From Candidatus Caldarchaeum sp. (GTDB lineage Archaea > Thermoproteota > Nitrososphaeria_A > Caldarchaeales > Caldarchaeaceae): 64,000 nt of DNA. The stretch covers positions 73,746 through 137,745 of the forward strand of contig JAWBKB010000002.1 in assembly GCA_038831915.1 (NCBI GenBank). The letters are read 5' to 3'. The notes under the pieces were generated by a model. It made no database searches. It worked only from the letters and a program-made list of their open reading frames with translations, and was not told the origin of the DNA. Both the position numbers and the translations under genes were made by a program. Each line of letters begins with the position of its first letter. The stretch's first letter is position 1. Of the stretch, positions 17,777-28,000 are shown in pieces.

Positions 17777-18796
17777 TTGAAAAGGGTTATGAGAAATCAT
17801 TGGCTTATCCGACAGCTTCATGAAATGTTGGCGAGCCATGTTCGCGGTAAGAAAGTGCAGATAGTTTCTCACTGGGGTGGAGACCCCGACTCGGTGGGAG
17901 CCGCCTACGTATTGGATAGATGTTTCCGCACATTCTACGAAGCTTCTGAAGTCGGATTCTTGATTCCCGACGAGGTTTCAGCCCATGTTAAAGCCATCAT
18001 GACGCACATCGGATTTTCCGAAAAAAATGTCACATCGCCTGACGCTTACATCCTAGTAGATGTCGGAAGCTTGGCTCAGCTAGGAGACCTGAAAACCACA
18101 GTTCTCGAATCTGGTAAGCCAGTTTTGGTCATCGACCATCATCTACAGCACAGCGTAAATCCCAGCGTAATGTCAGTGGCTTCTCCCAGCTATTTGGCTG
18201 TGTCCGAAATGGTCTACGACCTTCTCGAATTTCTGAACGTCAAACCTGACAAACAAATGGCTGAAGCTCTTTTCCTCGGAATGTATTATGACACGGTGCG
18301 GCTGGCTGTCGCTGACTCAGAGCTAGCCTATAAAGCAGCCAACCTTCTTTCCCAATTGAATCCTTCAACGATAATAGGGATGCTAGAGCCAAAAATCGAC
18401 GAACCTGAAAGAATCGCGCGGCTGAAAGCCCTGCGCCGAATAAATGTCTTCAGACTCGGCGAATGGTTTGTGGTGAGTTCAAACGTCAACGGCTATCTTT
18501 CTTCCGTGGCTAGAAGCCTCGTATCAGCTGGGGCTCACGTGGCCTTGGTTGGAGCTACTAAAGGCGAATACGCAGTGGTAGCGGCGCGTAGCTCCCAGGA
18601 CTTTCAAAAATATGCCGGAATAGGTTTGGGCGACGATTTGGCAAAATATCTTCTGCGGAAGTTCGAAGGCGATGGAGGTGGTCACGCAGGCGCGGCGCGG
18701 CTGCGATTGAAAACGTCTGTCGATGAAGCTTTGTCTGAAGCTGTAAAAGGATTGTCGCTTCTACTCGGAGTGAACGCGGTGGAGCTGGCCGGTTGA
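17777..18796 (+). CDS. DHH/DHHA1 phosphoesterase (NrnA/RecJ-like)
   Basis: 339 aa. GGDPDSVGAA, VIDHH and DHHA1 GGGHAGAA motifs. Confidence 0.85.
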   Translation: MKRVMRNHWLIRQLHEMLASHVRGKKVQIVSHWGGDPDSVGAAYVLDRCFRTFYEASEVGFLIPDEVSAHVKAIMTHIGFSEKNVTSPDAYILVDVGSLAQLGDLKTTVLESGKPVLVIDHHLQHSVNPSVMSVASPSYLAVSEMVYDLLEFLNVKPDKQMAEALFLGMYYDTVRLAVADSELAYKAANLLSQLNPSTIIGMLEPKIDEPERIARLKALRRINVFRLGEWFVVSSNVNGYLSSVARSLVSAGAHVALVGATKGEYAVVAARSSQDFQKYAGIGLGDDLAKYLLRKFEGDGGGHAGAARLRLKTSVDEALSEAVKGLSLLLGVNAVELAG

Positions 18797-18799
18797 ATC

Positions 18800-19648
18800 A
18801 TGACGCTTATCGAAATCAGAAACCTATCATTCAAATACGCAGGAGCTCAGAAACACGCCATTTATGAGGCAAACCTTGACATCGAAAAGGGCGACTTCGT
18901 CCTAATCGTTGGGCCAAGTGGTGGAGGTAAATCAACTCTTTGTAGATGCATGAATGGCTTGATTCCTCAGTTTTACGTAGGCGAATACAGTGGTCAAGTT
19001 TTGGTCGACGGTCATGACGCAGCGAAGACGCCCACCTACATCCTTTCTCAAATCGTGGGAATGGTCTTTCAAAACCCGCAAAACCAGCTTTTCGCACTCT
19101 CTGTGGAAGCCGACGTTGCCTTTCCTCTCGAAAATTTGGGCCTTCCGAGAGAAGAAATCAAGGCGCGGGTCGATGAGGTGCTCGCCGCGTTGAATATTGA
19201 ACATTTACGGGAAAGGTCTCCTTTCGAGCTTTCCGGAGGACAGCAGCAGAGGATAGCAATAGCGTCTGTCCTTGCAATGAAGCCGAAAATTATAATCTTG
19301 GACGAACCGACTTCTTTTCTCGACCCTGTTTCGAGCCTTGGGCTTTTCAACCTCATAGACGACATTCGGAAAAAACTCGGGTTGACAATAATCTTGGTTG
19401 AACACCGGGTTGACTTGGCTGCATCTCGAGCCAATAAGATTGTGGTGGTGGCTGATGGTAAAATCGTTTTTCACGGTAATCCACGCGATTTTTTTAAACA
19501 ATACGATCCACATGTTTTCGGAGTTTCATATCCAAAAGTGACTCTGCTTTCTAGGAAAATCAAGAACGTTGTGAAGGATTGGAACATGCTTTGTCTCAGT
19601 GGAGATGAGTTCGAAAATGAGGTGAGGAGGCTTGTCAGTCGTGTTTGA
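18800..19648 (+). CDS. ecfA1: ECF transporter ATPase component
   Basis: 282 aa. GPSGGGKST, LSGGQQQRIAIA, IILDEPTS. Confidence 0.9.
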   Translation: MTLIEIRNLSFKYAGAQKHAIYEANLDIEKGDFVLIVGPSGGGKSTLCRCMNGLIPQFYVGEYSGQVLVDGHDAAKTPTYILSQIVGMVFQNPQNQLFALSVEADVAFPLENLGLPREEIKARVDEVLAALNIEHLRERSPFELSGGQQQRIAIASVLAMKPKIIILDEPTSFLDPVSSLGLFNLIDDIRKKLGLTIILVEHRVDLAASRANKIVVVADGKIVFHGNPRDFFKQYDPHVFGVSYPKVTLLSRKIKNVVKDWNMLCLSGDEFENEVRRLVSRV

Positions 19649-20450
19649 AGACGTTCACTATGTTTATCCGTCAAACGTGCATGCTTTGCGAGGTGTTTCT
19701 TTCGAATTTCAGCCTGGTGAACTCGTTGCTTTGATGGGTGAAAACGGCTCGGGGAAAACCACATTGCTCAAACATGTCAACGGCTTGCTGAAACCAACTC
19801 GCGGCAAAGTCTGGGTCGAAGGAGTCGACACAACGAAGGCGTCGGTTGCCGAGCTTTCACAAAAGGCCGGACTAGTATTTCAGAACGCGGAGGAAATGTT
19901 CTTCGAATCGACGGTTTACGATGAAGTCGCCTTCGCTCTTAGAAACTTTGGATACAGTGAGGATAAGGTCAGGAAAAGAGTTGAATGGGCTCTAAAATTT
20001 TTTGAGCTCGATTCTTACGCGGGTCAGTCGCCTTTTCTCCTCAGTGGTGGGGAGAAGAAGCGTTTGGCGATGGCGATTATTTTGGCTTGGGGGCCTCAAG
20101 TGGTTTGTCTAGACGAGCCCACGATAGGACAAGACAGCGTTCAGAAGGAAAAAATGAAACATATGGTGAAGATGCTGAACCTTCAGGGCAGAACAGTTAT
20201 TTTGGCTACACACGACGTCGAATTCGTCGCAGAATTGCGACCGAGAACAATCCTTCTTTCGAAGGGTCAGATAATCGCTGACGGCCGATGTGAAGAAGTT
20301 TTAACCGATTTCGTCTCGCTGGAAAAAGCTTCGGTCCTTCCGCCGCAAGTGGTCTCTGCACTCAAGCGAGTAGATGACTTAGGCGTCGACTACCGGATTT
20401 TAGACGTTGACATAGCGGTTGAAGAAGTTCTCAAAGTGATTAAGCCATGA
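19632..20450 (+). CDS. ecfA2: ECF transporter ATPase component
   Basis: 272 aa. GENGSGKTT, LSGGEKKRLAMA, VCLDEPT. Confidence 0.9.
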   Translation: MSVVFEDVHYVYPSNVHALRGVSFEFQPGELVALMGENGSGKTTLLKHVNGLLKPTRGKVWVEGVDTTKASVAELSQKAGLVFQNAEEMFFESTVYDEVAFALRNFGYSEDKVRKRVEWALKFFELDSYAGQSPFLLSGGEKKRLAMAIILAWGPQVVCLDEPTIGQDSVQKEKMKHMVKMLNLQGRTVILATHDVEFVAELRPRTILLSKGQIIADGRCEEVLTDFVSLEKASVLPPQVVSALKRVDDLGVDYRILDVDIAVEEVLKVIKP

Positions 20451-21244
20451 GACTTTTCGAAGGCCTTCGCTTCAGGCCTGGAAACACGTTTGTCCATAGA
20501 CTCGACCCGCGTGCAAAACTTGGCGTATCCATTTTGATTTTGACAACTGCCATCATATACGTGGACGTTGTGGTAATTTTGACTTTGCTGAGTGTCGAGG
20601 CTGCCGTGATTTTCTTGGCACAAGTGCATAAGCTATGGTTGAGAACTTTGAGGGGAGCTTTGCCACTAGCTGCGATTGTATTCGTCATAACCTTTGTGAG
20701 TCAATATGGAAGGGACCCGTCTTTGCTCGCTGCTGCAGGCTACGGCTTTGCGTACGCTCTACGACTGGTCGTCTTTCTTTCTTCTTTTTCGCTTTTTTTC
20801 TTGACAACAACACCCGACGAAATTGCTCTTACGCTGCAGCAGCTTAAGGTTCCGTATGAATACACGTTTGCGTTTGTTTCGGCCATTCGTTTCACCCCGG
20901 TGATGGCTGAAGAACTCAAAGCGGTCATGGATGCTCAAAGAGCGCGAGGGCTTGAGCTAGACAAAGGCTCATTTGTAAAAAGAATCCGCAACCTCATCCC
21001 CATCCTCGTACCATTACTCGTCAACGTCATCAGACGCTCATACGAACTAGCTGAAGCCATGGAGGTGAAATGTTTCGGCGCCACCAAAAAAAGAACGAGC
21101 CTGCGGATTCTACAAATGAAAAAGAAAGACTTTGTTTTTGTTTCCACGGCGACGGGCCTGTTCATGTTGGCGGTGTTCATAAAAATTTCTGGTCTTGAAC
21201 CAGTGAAGGTTCTACCTTTTCTCCGGACGATTTTCCCAGCCTAA
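20447..21244 (+). CDS. ecfT: ECF transporter transmembrane component (EcfT/CbiQ family)
   Basis: 265 aa. Multi-pass membrane protein with a conserved-looking AxRxRG region (MDAQRARGLE). Follows the two ATPase genes. Confidence 0.85.
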   Translation: MRLFEGLRFRPGNTFVHRLDPRAKLGVSILILTTAIIYVDVVVILTLLSVEAAVIFLAQVHKLWLRTLRGALPLAAIVFVITFVSQYGRDPSLLAAAGYGFAYALRLVVFLSSFSLFFLTTTPDEIALTLQQLKVPYEYTFAFVSAIRFTPVMAEELKAVMDAQRARGLELDKGSFVKRIRNLIPILVPLLVNVIRRSYELAEAMEVKCFGATKKRTSLRILQMKKKDFVFVSTATGLFMLAVFIKISGLEPVKVLPFLRTIFPA

Positions 21245-21804
21245 TCATACGTGATGAGCTGTTTTTCCTCCAACAATTCCTGCAGCTTAGTTACGGCTTC
21301 GTAGACATCCTTCTCATACTTTGCCCCTGTGCACACCAGTTTTCCGCTTGCAAACATCAAAATCACGACTTTCGGGCTCATCATTCGATAAATCAAACCT
21401 GGAAACTGCTCTGGCTCATACATTACGTTCTCGAGCGTTGTCGCGGCCTTTTCCAAGTCTATGCGGCCGTGAAGGTCGATTGACGCGACGATGTTCTGAA
21501 TTTCTATTTGCGGCTCTTCGCGAATGACGAAGCCTTCCTTCTTCAACGCCTTGACAACGGTTTTGACCGCCCGAATGGATTCTTCCTCGCTTTTAGCTCC
21601 TGTGCAGACCATTTTGCCGCTGCTGAATATCAAAGTGGCGGTCTTCGGCTTAGCGAGGCGAAATACGAGGCCAGGAAACTGAGCGGGCTTGTATTCAACG
21701 TCTGGAAAAGTTCTCTGAACCTGTGCAAGGTCAAGCCGCTGAAAAAGGGTCACACTCGAAACGACGTTTTGAATTTCGATTTTTGGTGGGGGGCCTTTCG
21801 GCAC
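21241..21804 (-). CDS. tbp: TATA-box binding protein
   Basis: 187 aa. Two direct TBP repeats (IQNVVSSVTL..FPGLVFRL and IQNIVASIDL..FPGLIYRM). Confidence 0.95.
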   Translation of the reverse strand: MPKGPPPKIEIQNVVSSVTLFQRLDLAQVQRTFPDVEYKPAQFPGLVFRLAKPKTATLIFSSGKMVCTGAKSEEESIRAVKTVVKALKKEGFVIREEPQIEIQNIVASIDLHGRIDLEKAATTLENVMYEPEQFPGLIYRMMSPKVVILMFASGKLVCTGAKYEKDVYEAVTKLQELLEEKQLITYD

Positions 21805-21837
21805 GATTTTTAAACGGTTTAAATAGTTTATAAGGAT

Positions 21838-22515
21838 TTAAATACCTGACTTCGGCTGGGTCAAAACTGCGTTGAGCTTTTCGACAACTTCCGGCTCCTT
21901 GTTCAAAGCTTTAGACACGTGTTTGACCATGCTTTTTTTGACCTTGTTGATGTCGACTGGTCGTCCGATAATGGAGGCCATCGAGGTCATGATTGTTGCC
22001 TCCATTCCGCATGGTTTAATTCCGTAGAATTTTTTCAGGTCTGTGTTGACATTCAACGCAACGCCGTGATAAGTTACCCAGTTTTTCACAGCCATGCCGA
22101 CCGACGCGATTTTGCGTCCATCAACCCAGACACCCGGCTTACCGACGACCCGTTCACCAGAAATTTGGAAATCAGCGAGAACGTCTATGATCGCTTGTTC
22201 GACCAGATGAACAAAATCAGCTACGCCGATTCCAAGTTCTTGCAAGCTCACGATGAAATAGGCGACTAGCTGGCCTGGGCCGTGATAGGTTGCTTCTCCA
22301 CCCCGCTCCACCCGATAGACAGGAATCGTCCTGTCGAAAACGTCTTCTTCCCTACCGCGTTTGCCGAGAGTGTAAACGTCGTAGTGTTCAAGCAGTAAAA
22401 CGGTGTCCTCAATCTGATTTTCAACTCGTTTTTGATGAAGTTCGAGCATAAGTTTGTGGCAAGATTCATATTCAATCGTTCCGAGGTCGACGAAGATGAT
22501 GCTATTTCGTGACAT
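21838..22515 (-). CDS. lipB: octanoyltransferase LipB
   Basis: 225 aa. ERGGEATYHGPGQLVAY, plus KPCG with the catalytic Cys. Confidence 0.85.
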   Translation of the reverse strand: MSRNSIIFVDLGTIEYESCHKLMLELHQKRVENQIEDTVLLLEHYDVYTLGKRGREEDVFDRTIPVYRVERGGEATYHGPGQLVAYFIVSLQELGIGVADFVHLVEQAIIDVLADFQISGERVVGKPGVWVDGRKIASVGMAVKNWVTYHGVALNVNTDLKKFYGIKPCGMEATIMTSMASIIGRPVDINKVKKSMVKHVSKALNKEPEVVEKLNAVLTQPKSGI

Positions 22516-23887
22516 AGTGAATCGCTCGGCGTTTAACCATTAGCATCGATTCGCCTATCGCCTCCGAATAGGTTGGATGAATGAAAACTGTTTTTGAAAC
22601 GTCTTCAAGAGTCGCGCTTGACTTGATAATGGTGGTCAATACTGCGATGGTTTCGGTCGCATGAGGGCCGACAACAACGGCTCCGAGGAGACGGTCTGTT
22701 TTTCTATCCGCGATAAGTTTGACGAAGCCGTCTTCGCCATCCGTAATTGCTCGGCCCAATGCTGTATATGGAAACCTTGCTTCGACGACATCGTAGCCTG
22801 CCTCTTTCGCGGCGTCTGTGCTAAGCCCGACTGCTGCGACTTCCGGCGAAGTAAACACACCGTATGGAACCAGGCCGTCAAAGCGAGAGTCGAGACCTGC
22901 TATCGCCTCGGCTGCCACAATTCCTTGATGGGAGGCCTTGTGGGCGAGAAACGGCGGACCGGTAACGTCGCCGACAGCGTAAACGCCCGCTGCAGTTGTC
23001 TGCATCTTTTCATCGGTTTTGACGTATCCTTTCGCATCGAGCTCAACACCCAAGTCGACGAGGCGACGCGTCCAAGAAGTTGGCCGCTTACCAACCGCGA
23101 CCAAAACCAAATCGAAAACATCTTCAAAACCGTTAGAAAGAACCACTTTCACACCATCCGAAAAATACGAATATTCTGAAACTGTTGTGCTGAGGTGAAT
23201 TTTCACGCCGATCTTTTCCATGCCTCTTTTGAGTAAGCGGGAGGCGTCTGCGTCAAATCCGGGCAAAAGCTGGTTCATAACTTCAACAACGGTCACGTCT
23301 GAGCCGAGATGAGCGTAAGCTGTGCCAAGCTCCGCTCCAACCGCACCCCCTCCGACGACCAGAAATTTCTTCGGAACTTTGTCGAGAAACAATGCTTTAC
23401 GATAGTCGATGATGCAGGTTCCGTCAAAAGGAATGGATGGAAGCGATACGGGTTCGGTTCCGGTTGCTATGATGATGTTTTCAGCTGAAATCTTTTGCTC
23501 ACCGTCGTTCTTCTTGACGGAAATCAGGCCCGGCTTTTCGAAAACCGCTTCGCCTTTAACGACGGTTACTCCGTTGGCCTTGAGCAAATAAGCTATTCCT
23601 TGTCGCAGCTTATGAACTACCTGTTTAGTAGATTCTGAGATTTTAGCCATGTTGAAAGGTACAGACGATGCCAAGATGTTCTTTGCGGCGAGCTCCTTAA
23701 TGCTGTGTATTTTTTTCGCGTTTCCGATTAAATGTTTGCTCGGAATGCATCCCCAGTTCGTGCATTCTCCTCCGAGCTCGTCTTTTTCGATAAGCGTGGT
23801 TTTTAAGCCGAGCTGAGAAAGCCTGATTGCCGCCACATACCCACCGGGCCCGCCTCCAACGACAACAACATCCCCCATCATCCACAC
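22502..23887 (-). CDS. lpdA: dihydrolipoyl dehydrogenase (E3)
   Basis: 461 aa. GGGPGGYVAAI FAD motif and redox disulfide CTNWGCIPSK. Confidence 0.92.
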   Translation of the reverse strand: MWMMGDVVVVGGGPGGYVAAIRLSQLGLKTTLIEKDELGGECTNWGCIPSKHLIGNAKKIHSIKELAAKNILASSVPFNMAKISESTKQVVHKLRQGIAYLLKANGVTVVKGEAVFEKPGLISVKKNDGEQKISAENIIIATGTEPVSLPSIPFDGTCIIDYRKALFLDKVPKKFLVVGGGAVGAELGTAYAHLGSDVTVVEVMNQLLPGFDADASRLLKRGMEKIGVKIHLSTTVSEYSYFSDGVKVVLSNGFEDVFDLVLVAVGKRPTSWTRRLVDLGVELDAKGYVKTDEKMQTTAAGVYAVGDVTGPPFLAHKASHQGIVAAEAIAGLDSRFDGLVPYGVFTSPEVAAVGLSTDAAKEAGYDVVEARFPYTALGRAITDGEDGFVKLIADRKTDRLLGAVVVGPHATETIAVLTTIIKSSATLEDVSKTVFIHPTYSEAIGESMLMVKRRAIHYVTK

Positions 23888-23888
23888 C

Positions 23889-24863
23889 TCAGAAAGAAAC
23901 CGATTTTCTCACCGCCCTGAGTATTCGCGTTTCATTCGGCATGTAGTAATGTTCATGAGCGAATGGAAAAGGTGTGTCGTAACCGGTCACCCTGAAAACC
24001 GGCGCCTCGAGATCGAGGAGAAGTCTTTCAGCTATGAAGGCAGCGATTTCCGCACCGAAGCCACACATCTTGGGAGCTTCATGAACGATAACGGGCCTGC
24101 CGGTTTTCTTGACGGTTTTCTCAATGGCTTCTTTGTCGAAAGGCAGCAAAGTCCGTAAATCAATCACTTCGCAGTCAATTCCCTCCTCCTTCGCTTTTTC
24201 AGAAGCTTTCAAACAGTCAACAACGGTCGCCGCATATGTTATCAGTGAAACGTCAGCGCCTTCACGAGCAATTCGGGCTTTACCCAAGGGTATAGTGTAG
24301 TCTCCTTCAGGGACTTCCTGTCGGAAAGATCTGTAAATTCGTTTGGGTTCGAAGAAAATGACGGGGTCATCGTCGCGGATGGAGGAGATTAGCAATCCTT
24401 TCGCATCGTATGGTGTTGAAGGAGTGACGACTTTAAGCCCCGGTGTGTGAATGAAGTATGCTTCAGGGCTTTGGCTGTGAAACATCCCTCCTTTAACGCC
24501 TCCGCCGACAGGAGCTCGAATGACTAGCGGCACGGAAAACTGTCCGCCGGTGCGGTAACGAATTTTCGCTACATTTGAAACTATCTGGTCGAAGCCCCCA
24601 AAAATAAAGTCGGCAAATTGAATTTCAGCCACCGGCCGAAGACCATTCATAGCCATCCCCGCTGCGACGCCAATGATGGCTGCTTCTGACAGAGGCGTGT
24701 CGATGACGCGTTCCGGCCCAAATAATTCGTACAAGCCTTCTGTTATTAGGAATACACCGCCGCGCTTTCCAACGTCTTCTCCCAAGATAATCACTCTTTT
24801 GTCGCGCTGCATCTCCTCCCTCAAAGCTAAGTTGAGAGCTTCTGCCATGTTAAGCATGGGCAA
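23889..24863 (-). CDS. 2-oxoacid dehydrogenase E1 component beta subunit
   Basis: 324 aa. [35 protein letters not shown] and [10 protein letters not shown] are typical of E1-beta. Confidence 0.92.
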   Translation of the reverse strand: MPMLNMAEALNLALREEMQRDKRVIILGEDVGKRGGVFLITEGLYELFGPERVIDTPLSEAAIIGVAAGMAMNGLRPVAEIQFADFIFGGFDQIVSNVAKIRYRTGGQFSVPLVIRAPVGGGVKGGMFHSQSPEAYFIHTPGLKVVTPSTPYDAKGLLISSIRDDDPVIFFEPKRIYRSFRQEVPEGDYTIPLGKARIAREGADVSLITYAATVVDCLKASEKAKEEGIDCEVIDLRTLLPFDKEAIEKTVKKTGRPVIVHEAPKMCGFGAEIAAFIAERLLLDLEAPVFRVTGYDTPFPFAHEHYYMPNETRILRAVRKSVSF

Positions 24864-24869
24864 AAGCTT

Positions 24870-25745
24870 TCACCTCTTCAACATGGATTCGACAAAAAAT
24901 TCAGCCGCTCGGTAGCTGCTACGAACCAGAGGTCCGCAAGCCGCATATTTGAAACCCATCCGCAAAGCCTCCCTTTCATAAAGTTTAAACACATCAGGAT
25001 GAACATATTCTTTTACGGGCAAGTGATTCAACGTAGGGCGAAGATATTGGCCTATAGTCACAAAGTCAACATCGGCTTGGCGGAGTTCTTTTAGCGCATC
25101 CAATACTTCTTCAACGGTTTCACCCAAACCAACCATTATCGATGATTTAGTGTACATGCTTGGGTTGAATTCTTTGACGAGTCTGAGAACTTTGAGTGAT
25201 TTGTCGAAAGAAGCTCTCCTGTCCCGCACGTAAGGGGTAAGCCTTCGCACGGTTTCGACATTATGCGCCACTACATCGGGCCCGGCTCGTACAACTCTTT
25301 CTAAATGTTCGGGCACTGCGTCAAAATCAGGAATCAGCACTTCTACAAGTACTTCTCCCTTCCTTTCCTTGATTTTTTTCACGGTTTCAGCGTAAATGGA
25401 TGCTCCGCCGTCGGCGAGGTCGTCGCGACAGACAGAGGTGAGAACCACGTATTTCAAATTAATTTCTTCAACCGCTTTCGCAACTTTTTCAGGTTCGCTA
25501 GCGTCTACGAATCCCTGTGGATGACCTGTTTTCACAGCGCAGAACCTACAGCTTCTGGTGCATATGTCGCCGAGGATCATTATCGTAGCCGTTCCGCCTC
25601 CCCAGCATTCACCCAAGTTGGGGCACATCGCTTCCTCGCAAACAGTGTGTAACATGTATTTCCGTAACACATGTCTGATATGGGGGTAAGCTCCAAAACC
25701 GGGCAACCGAGTTTTAATCCATTCGGGCTTTCGAAGAGTCTGCAT
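24870..25745 (-). CDS. lipA: lipoyl synthase LipA
   Basis: CEEAMCPNLGECW auxiliary-cluster motif and radical-SAM CTRSCRFC. The ORF is open to 25853, but the start at MQTLRKPEW (25745) fits LipA N-termini and avoids overlap with the divergent Nudix gene. Confidence 0.9.
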   Translation of the reverse strand: MQTLRKPEWIKTRLPGFGAYPHIRHVLRKYMLHTVCEEAMCPNLGECWGGGTATIMILGDICTRSCRFCAVKTGHPQGFVDASEPEKVAKAVEEINLKYVVLTSVCRDDLADGGASIYAETVKKIKERKGEVLVEVLIPDFDAVPEHLERVVRAGPDVVAHNVETVRRLTPYVRDRRASFDKSLKVLRLVKEFNPSMYTKSSIMVGLGETVEEVLDALKELRQADVDFVTIGQYLRPTLNHLPVKEYVHPDVFKLYEREALRMGFKYAACGPLVRSSYRAAEFFVESMLKR

Positions 25746-25785
25746 TCGTGTCTCTCGGAGTGAACAAGCGAATTTAAGCATATAT

Positions 25786-26253
25786 GTGTCGCAGTATTTT
25801 AGAACAAACGGGTTGAAGACGAGAGTAGACGAGCGGAGTGCTGGAGCAGTCATCTACTATGTTGGTGAAAACGGGGTCGAATATCTACTACTCAAATACG
25901 GTGCAGGACATTGGGATTTTCCCAAAGGACACATTGAGAAGAATGAATCCGAAATACAAGCTGTTCTTCGTGAGGTCAAGGAAGAAACAGGGATGGAGAA
26001 TATCACTATCATCGACGGCTTCCGGAAAGTCATAAACTACATGTTCATGAAAGAGGGGAGGCTCGTTAGGAAAGAGGTTGTCTTCTACCTAGGCCAAGCA
26101 CGTGATAAATCCGTTACTCTTTCGCCGGAACACCTCGACTATGTTTGGCTTTCTCTTGAAAAAGCACTTGAGAAATTAACCTTCAAGACAGCTAAGGAAA
26201 CCCTGATTGAAGCCGACAACTTCCTCAAGACACGTTTAAACGTTCAAATTTAA
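25786..26253 (+). CDS. NUDIX hydrolase (Ap4A-hydrolase-like)
   Basis: 155 aa. Complete Nudix box GHIEKNESEIQAVLREVKEETG. Start uncertain. Confidence 0.85.
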   Translation: MSQYFRTNGLKTRVDERSAGAVIYYVGENGVEYLLLKYGAGHWDFPKGHIEKNESEIQAVLREVKEETGMENITIIDGFRKVINYMFMKEGRLVRKEVVFYLGQARDKSVTLSPEHLDYVWLSLEKALEKLTFKTAKETLIEADNFLKTRLNVQI

Positions 26254-26279
26254 AAACCACATAACCATGAATCCAGCAA

Positions 26280-27977
26280 ATGAAACCCATTTTCGTGCTG
26301 CTGATCATAGTTCTCCTGACGCTTCCGCAAATAGCCGTGTCCCAACAAGATGCTCAAAGTTTAACCGTGTACGTTACCACGCCTGACGGAAAACCTAAAC
26401 CTGGATTGACGGTAACAGCTCAAGCTCAAAACTTTCGGGAAACCGCTGTAACCAACGCGTCGGGCTACGCCGTCTTTCGCCAACTCACAGCGGGAACATA
26501 TGAAATAATTATATCGTTGAGGAACATCGAGCTTCTACGAAAAACAGTCGAGTTCCCCTCCACTCCATTTTTGGCAGAGACGGCGCCACTCAGCTCTGTA
26601 ACGGTTCAGGTATACGATGTTGCTCAAAGGCCCGTAGCAAACATCCCCGTTACGCTATCTTCGCCCAATCGTATACTATCCACCACTCAGAGAACGAATG
26701 CAACAGGGTATGCAGTTTTCAACGACATCCCATACTCTTCGGCTCCGTCAATAGCCGGCGACTACAGGCTTTCAGTAACTAAGGAAGGTGTTGAAGTTGG
26801 GTCAGTGCAGAGGCGAATTGAAGCTTCTACTGAATTTGTGGAGATATCTGCCCGTCTTGTGAGGGTCAACTTCACGTTTACAGATCTTGGGGGTTCCAAA
26901 GCTCTGGTCGACGGAACCCTCGTAATGCGTGGAACAAACTTTACTCAGCAAATAGAAGTAATTCAGGGCTTTGCTTCAGTAATTCAGGTTATAAGCTCTG
27001 AAGTGGTCGGAAGCTACAATGCTTCGCTTTCTATGCGGCTTGGTAACAGGGATGCTGTGGTCTATTCATCGCTCTTGAGGTTGGAGGCTGACGCCGACCT
27101 TGTTCTCAGAGCTGACCTCGGACTTTTGGTTGTCCGATTGGTAGACCCTTCTGGACAACCCGTCAAAGGACTTGGTGTATTGGTAGGTGCCACTGGATAC
27201 GGAAATTTCAGCAGCGGAATAACAGACAGCAACGGAGAAATCACAGCCGGATATCTTCCAATTTCCAACCGTGTTGACCAATACACAATACACGTCTTCA
27301 GAGGGCGGACGAGAATAATAACAGAACAGCTGGTTATGACCGAAGCAAAGATAACTAAACAAATCACAATACCGTTGACAAAAACAACTTTCACAGTGGT
27401 AGACTTTAAGAATAACCCGCTGTCTGGTGCGGTAATCCAAGTAACTGACCCAGTCACTGGAAGAACGTTCAACGCAACGACTGTTAACGGAGCCGCAACC
27501 GCCGAAATATTCCCGGGTGCCAACAATGTAACAATAAGGTACAAAAACACAGTGGTATTCAAGAAAACTATCGAACTGACGGAATCCAGTCAAGCCATCA
27601 AAATTAATTCAATTAATTTCCCAGTAAGCGTCCGTGTGCTAGATTCGGTCGGAAAGTTCGTTGAAGATTTACGAATCATCGTAAAAGCTGATTCGAACGT
27701 TTTACTAGACCGGAAAACATCGGCTTCGCCTGCATCTGTGGAGCTTGAGCTTCCACGCGAAATAACAATAGATGTCTACAAAGGAGAGGAGCTGCTTTGG
27801 CGGGAACGCCGGTTCGCTGACGGGCCTTCCGATATTGACATAAGGTTCACTGACATCGTGGTGATTAGCGGTATTTTCATCTCTGCTGATGCATTGGTAT
27901 CCGCGGTTTTGGCAGCCATTCTCACAGCGCTGATGTTGACGGTGGTAGTTCGATTGAGAAATTTGAGACAACGTTAA
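26280..27977 (+). CDS. secreted, C-terminally membrane-anchored surface protein with repeated carboxypeptidase-regulatory-like (prealbumin-fold) domains
   Basis: 565 aa. Signal peptide MKPIFVLLIIVLLTLPQIAVSQQ. At least five repeats of the type V.V...G.P..G..V......T(N)..G.A.F..L..G.Y. C-terminal TM helix plus RLRNLRQR. Many N-x-S/T sequons. Confidence 0.7.
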   Translation: MKPIFVLLIIVLLTLPQIAVSQQDAQSLTVYVTTPDGKPKPGLTVTAQAQNFRETAVTNASGYAVFRQLTAGTYEIIISLRNIELLRKTVEFPSTPFLAETAPLSSVTVQVYDVAQRPVANIPVTLSSPNRILSTTQRTNATGYAVFNDIPYSSAPSIAGDYRLSVTKEGVEVGSVQRRIEASTEFVEISARLVRVNFTFTDLGGSKALVDGTLVMRGTNFTQQIEVIQGFASVIQVISSEVVGSYNASLSMRLGNRDAVVYSSLLRLEADADLVLRADLGLLVVRLVDPSGQPVKGLGVLVGATGYGNFSSGITDSNGEITAGYLPISNRVDQYTIHVFRGRTRIITEQLVMTEAKITKQITIPLTKTTFTVVDFKNNPLSGAVIQVTDPVTGRTFNATTVNGAATAEIFPGANNVTIRYKNTVVFKKTIELTESSQAIKINSINFPVSVRVLDSVGKFVEDLRIIVKADSNVLLDRKTSASPASVELELPREITIDVYKGEELLWRERRFADGPSDIDIRFTDIVVISGIFISADALVSAVLAAILTALMLTVVVRLRNLRQR

Positions 27978-28000
27978 AATTCAACCAGCCGGCTAAATCA

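Noticed and set aside
22661-23179. 172-aa ORF antisense to lpdA. Similar long antisense ORFs occur at 27062-27593, 35523-36014, 43806-44213 and 49938-50501.
   Set aside because: All lie entirely within strongly supported genes on the opposite strand and have no motifs. They are typical shadow ORFs.
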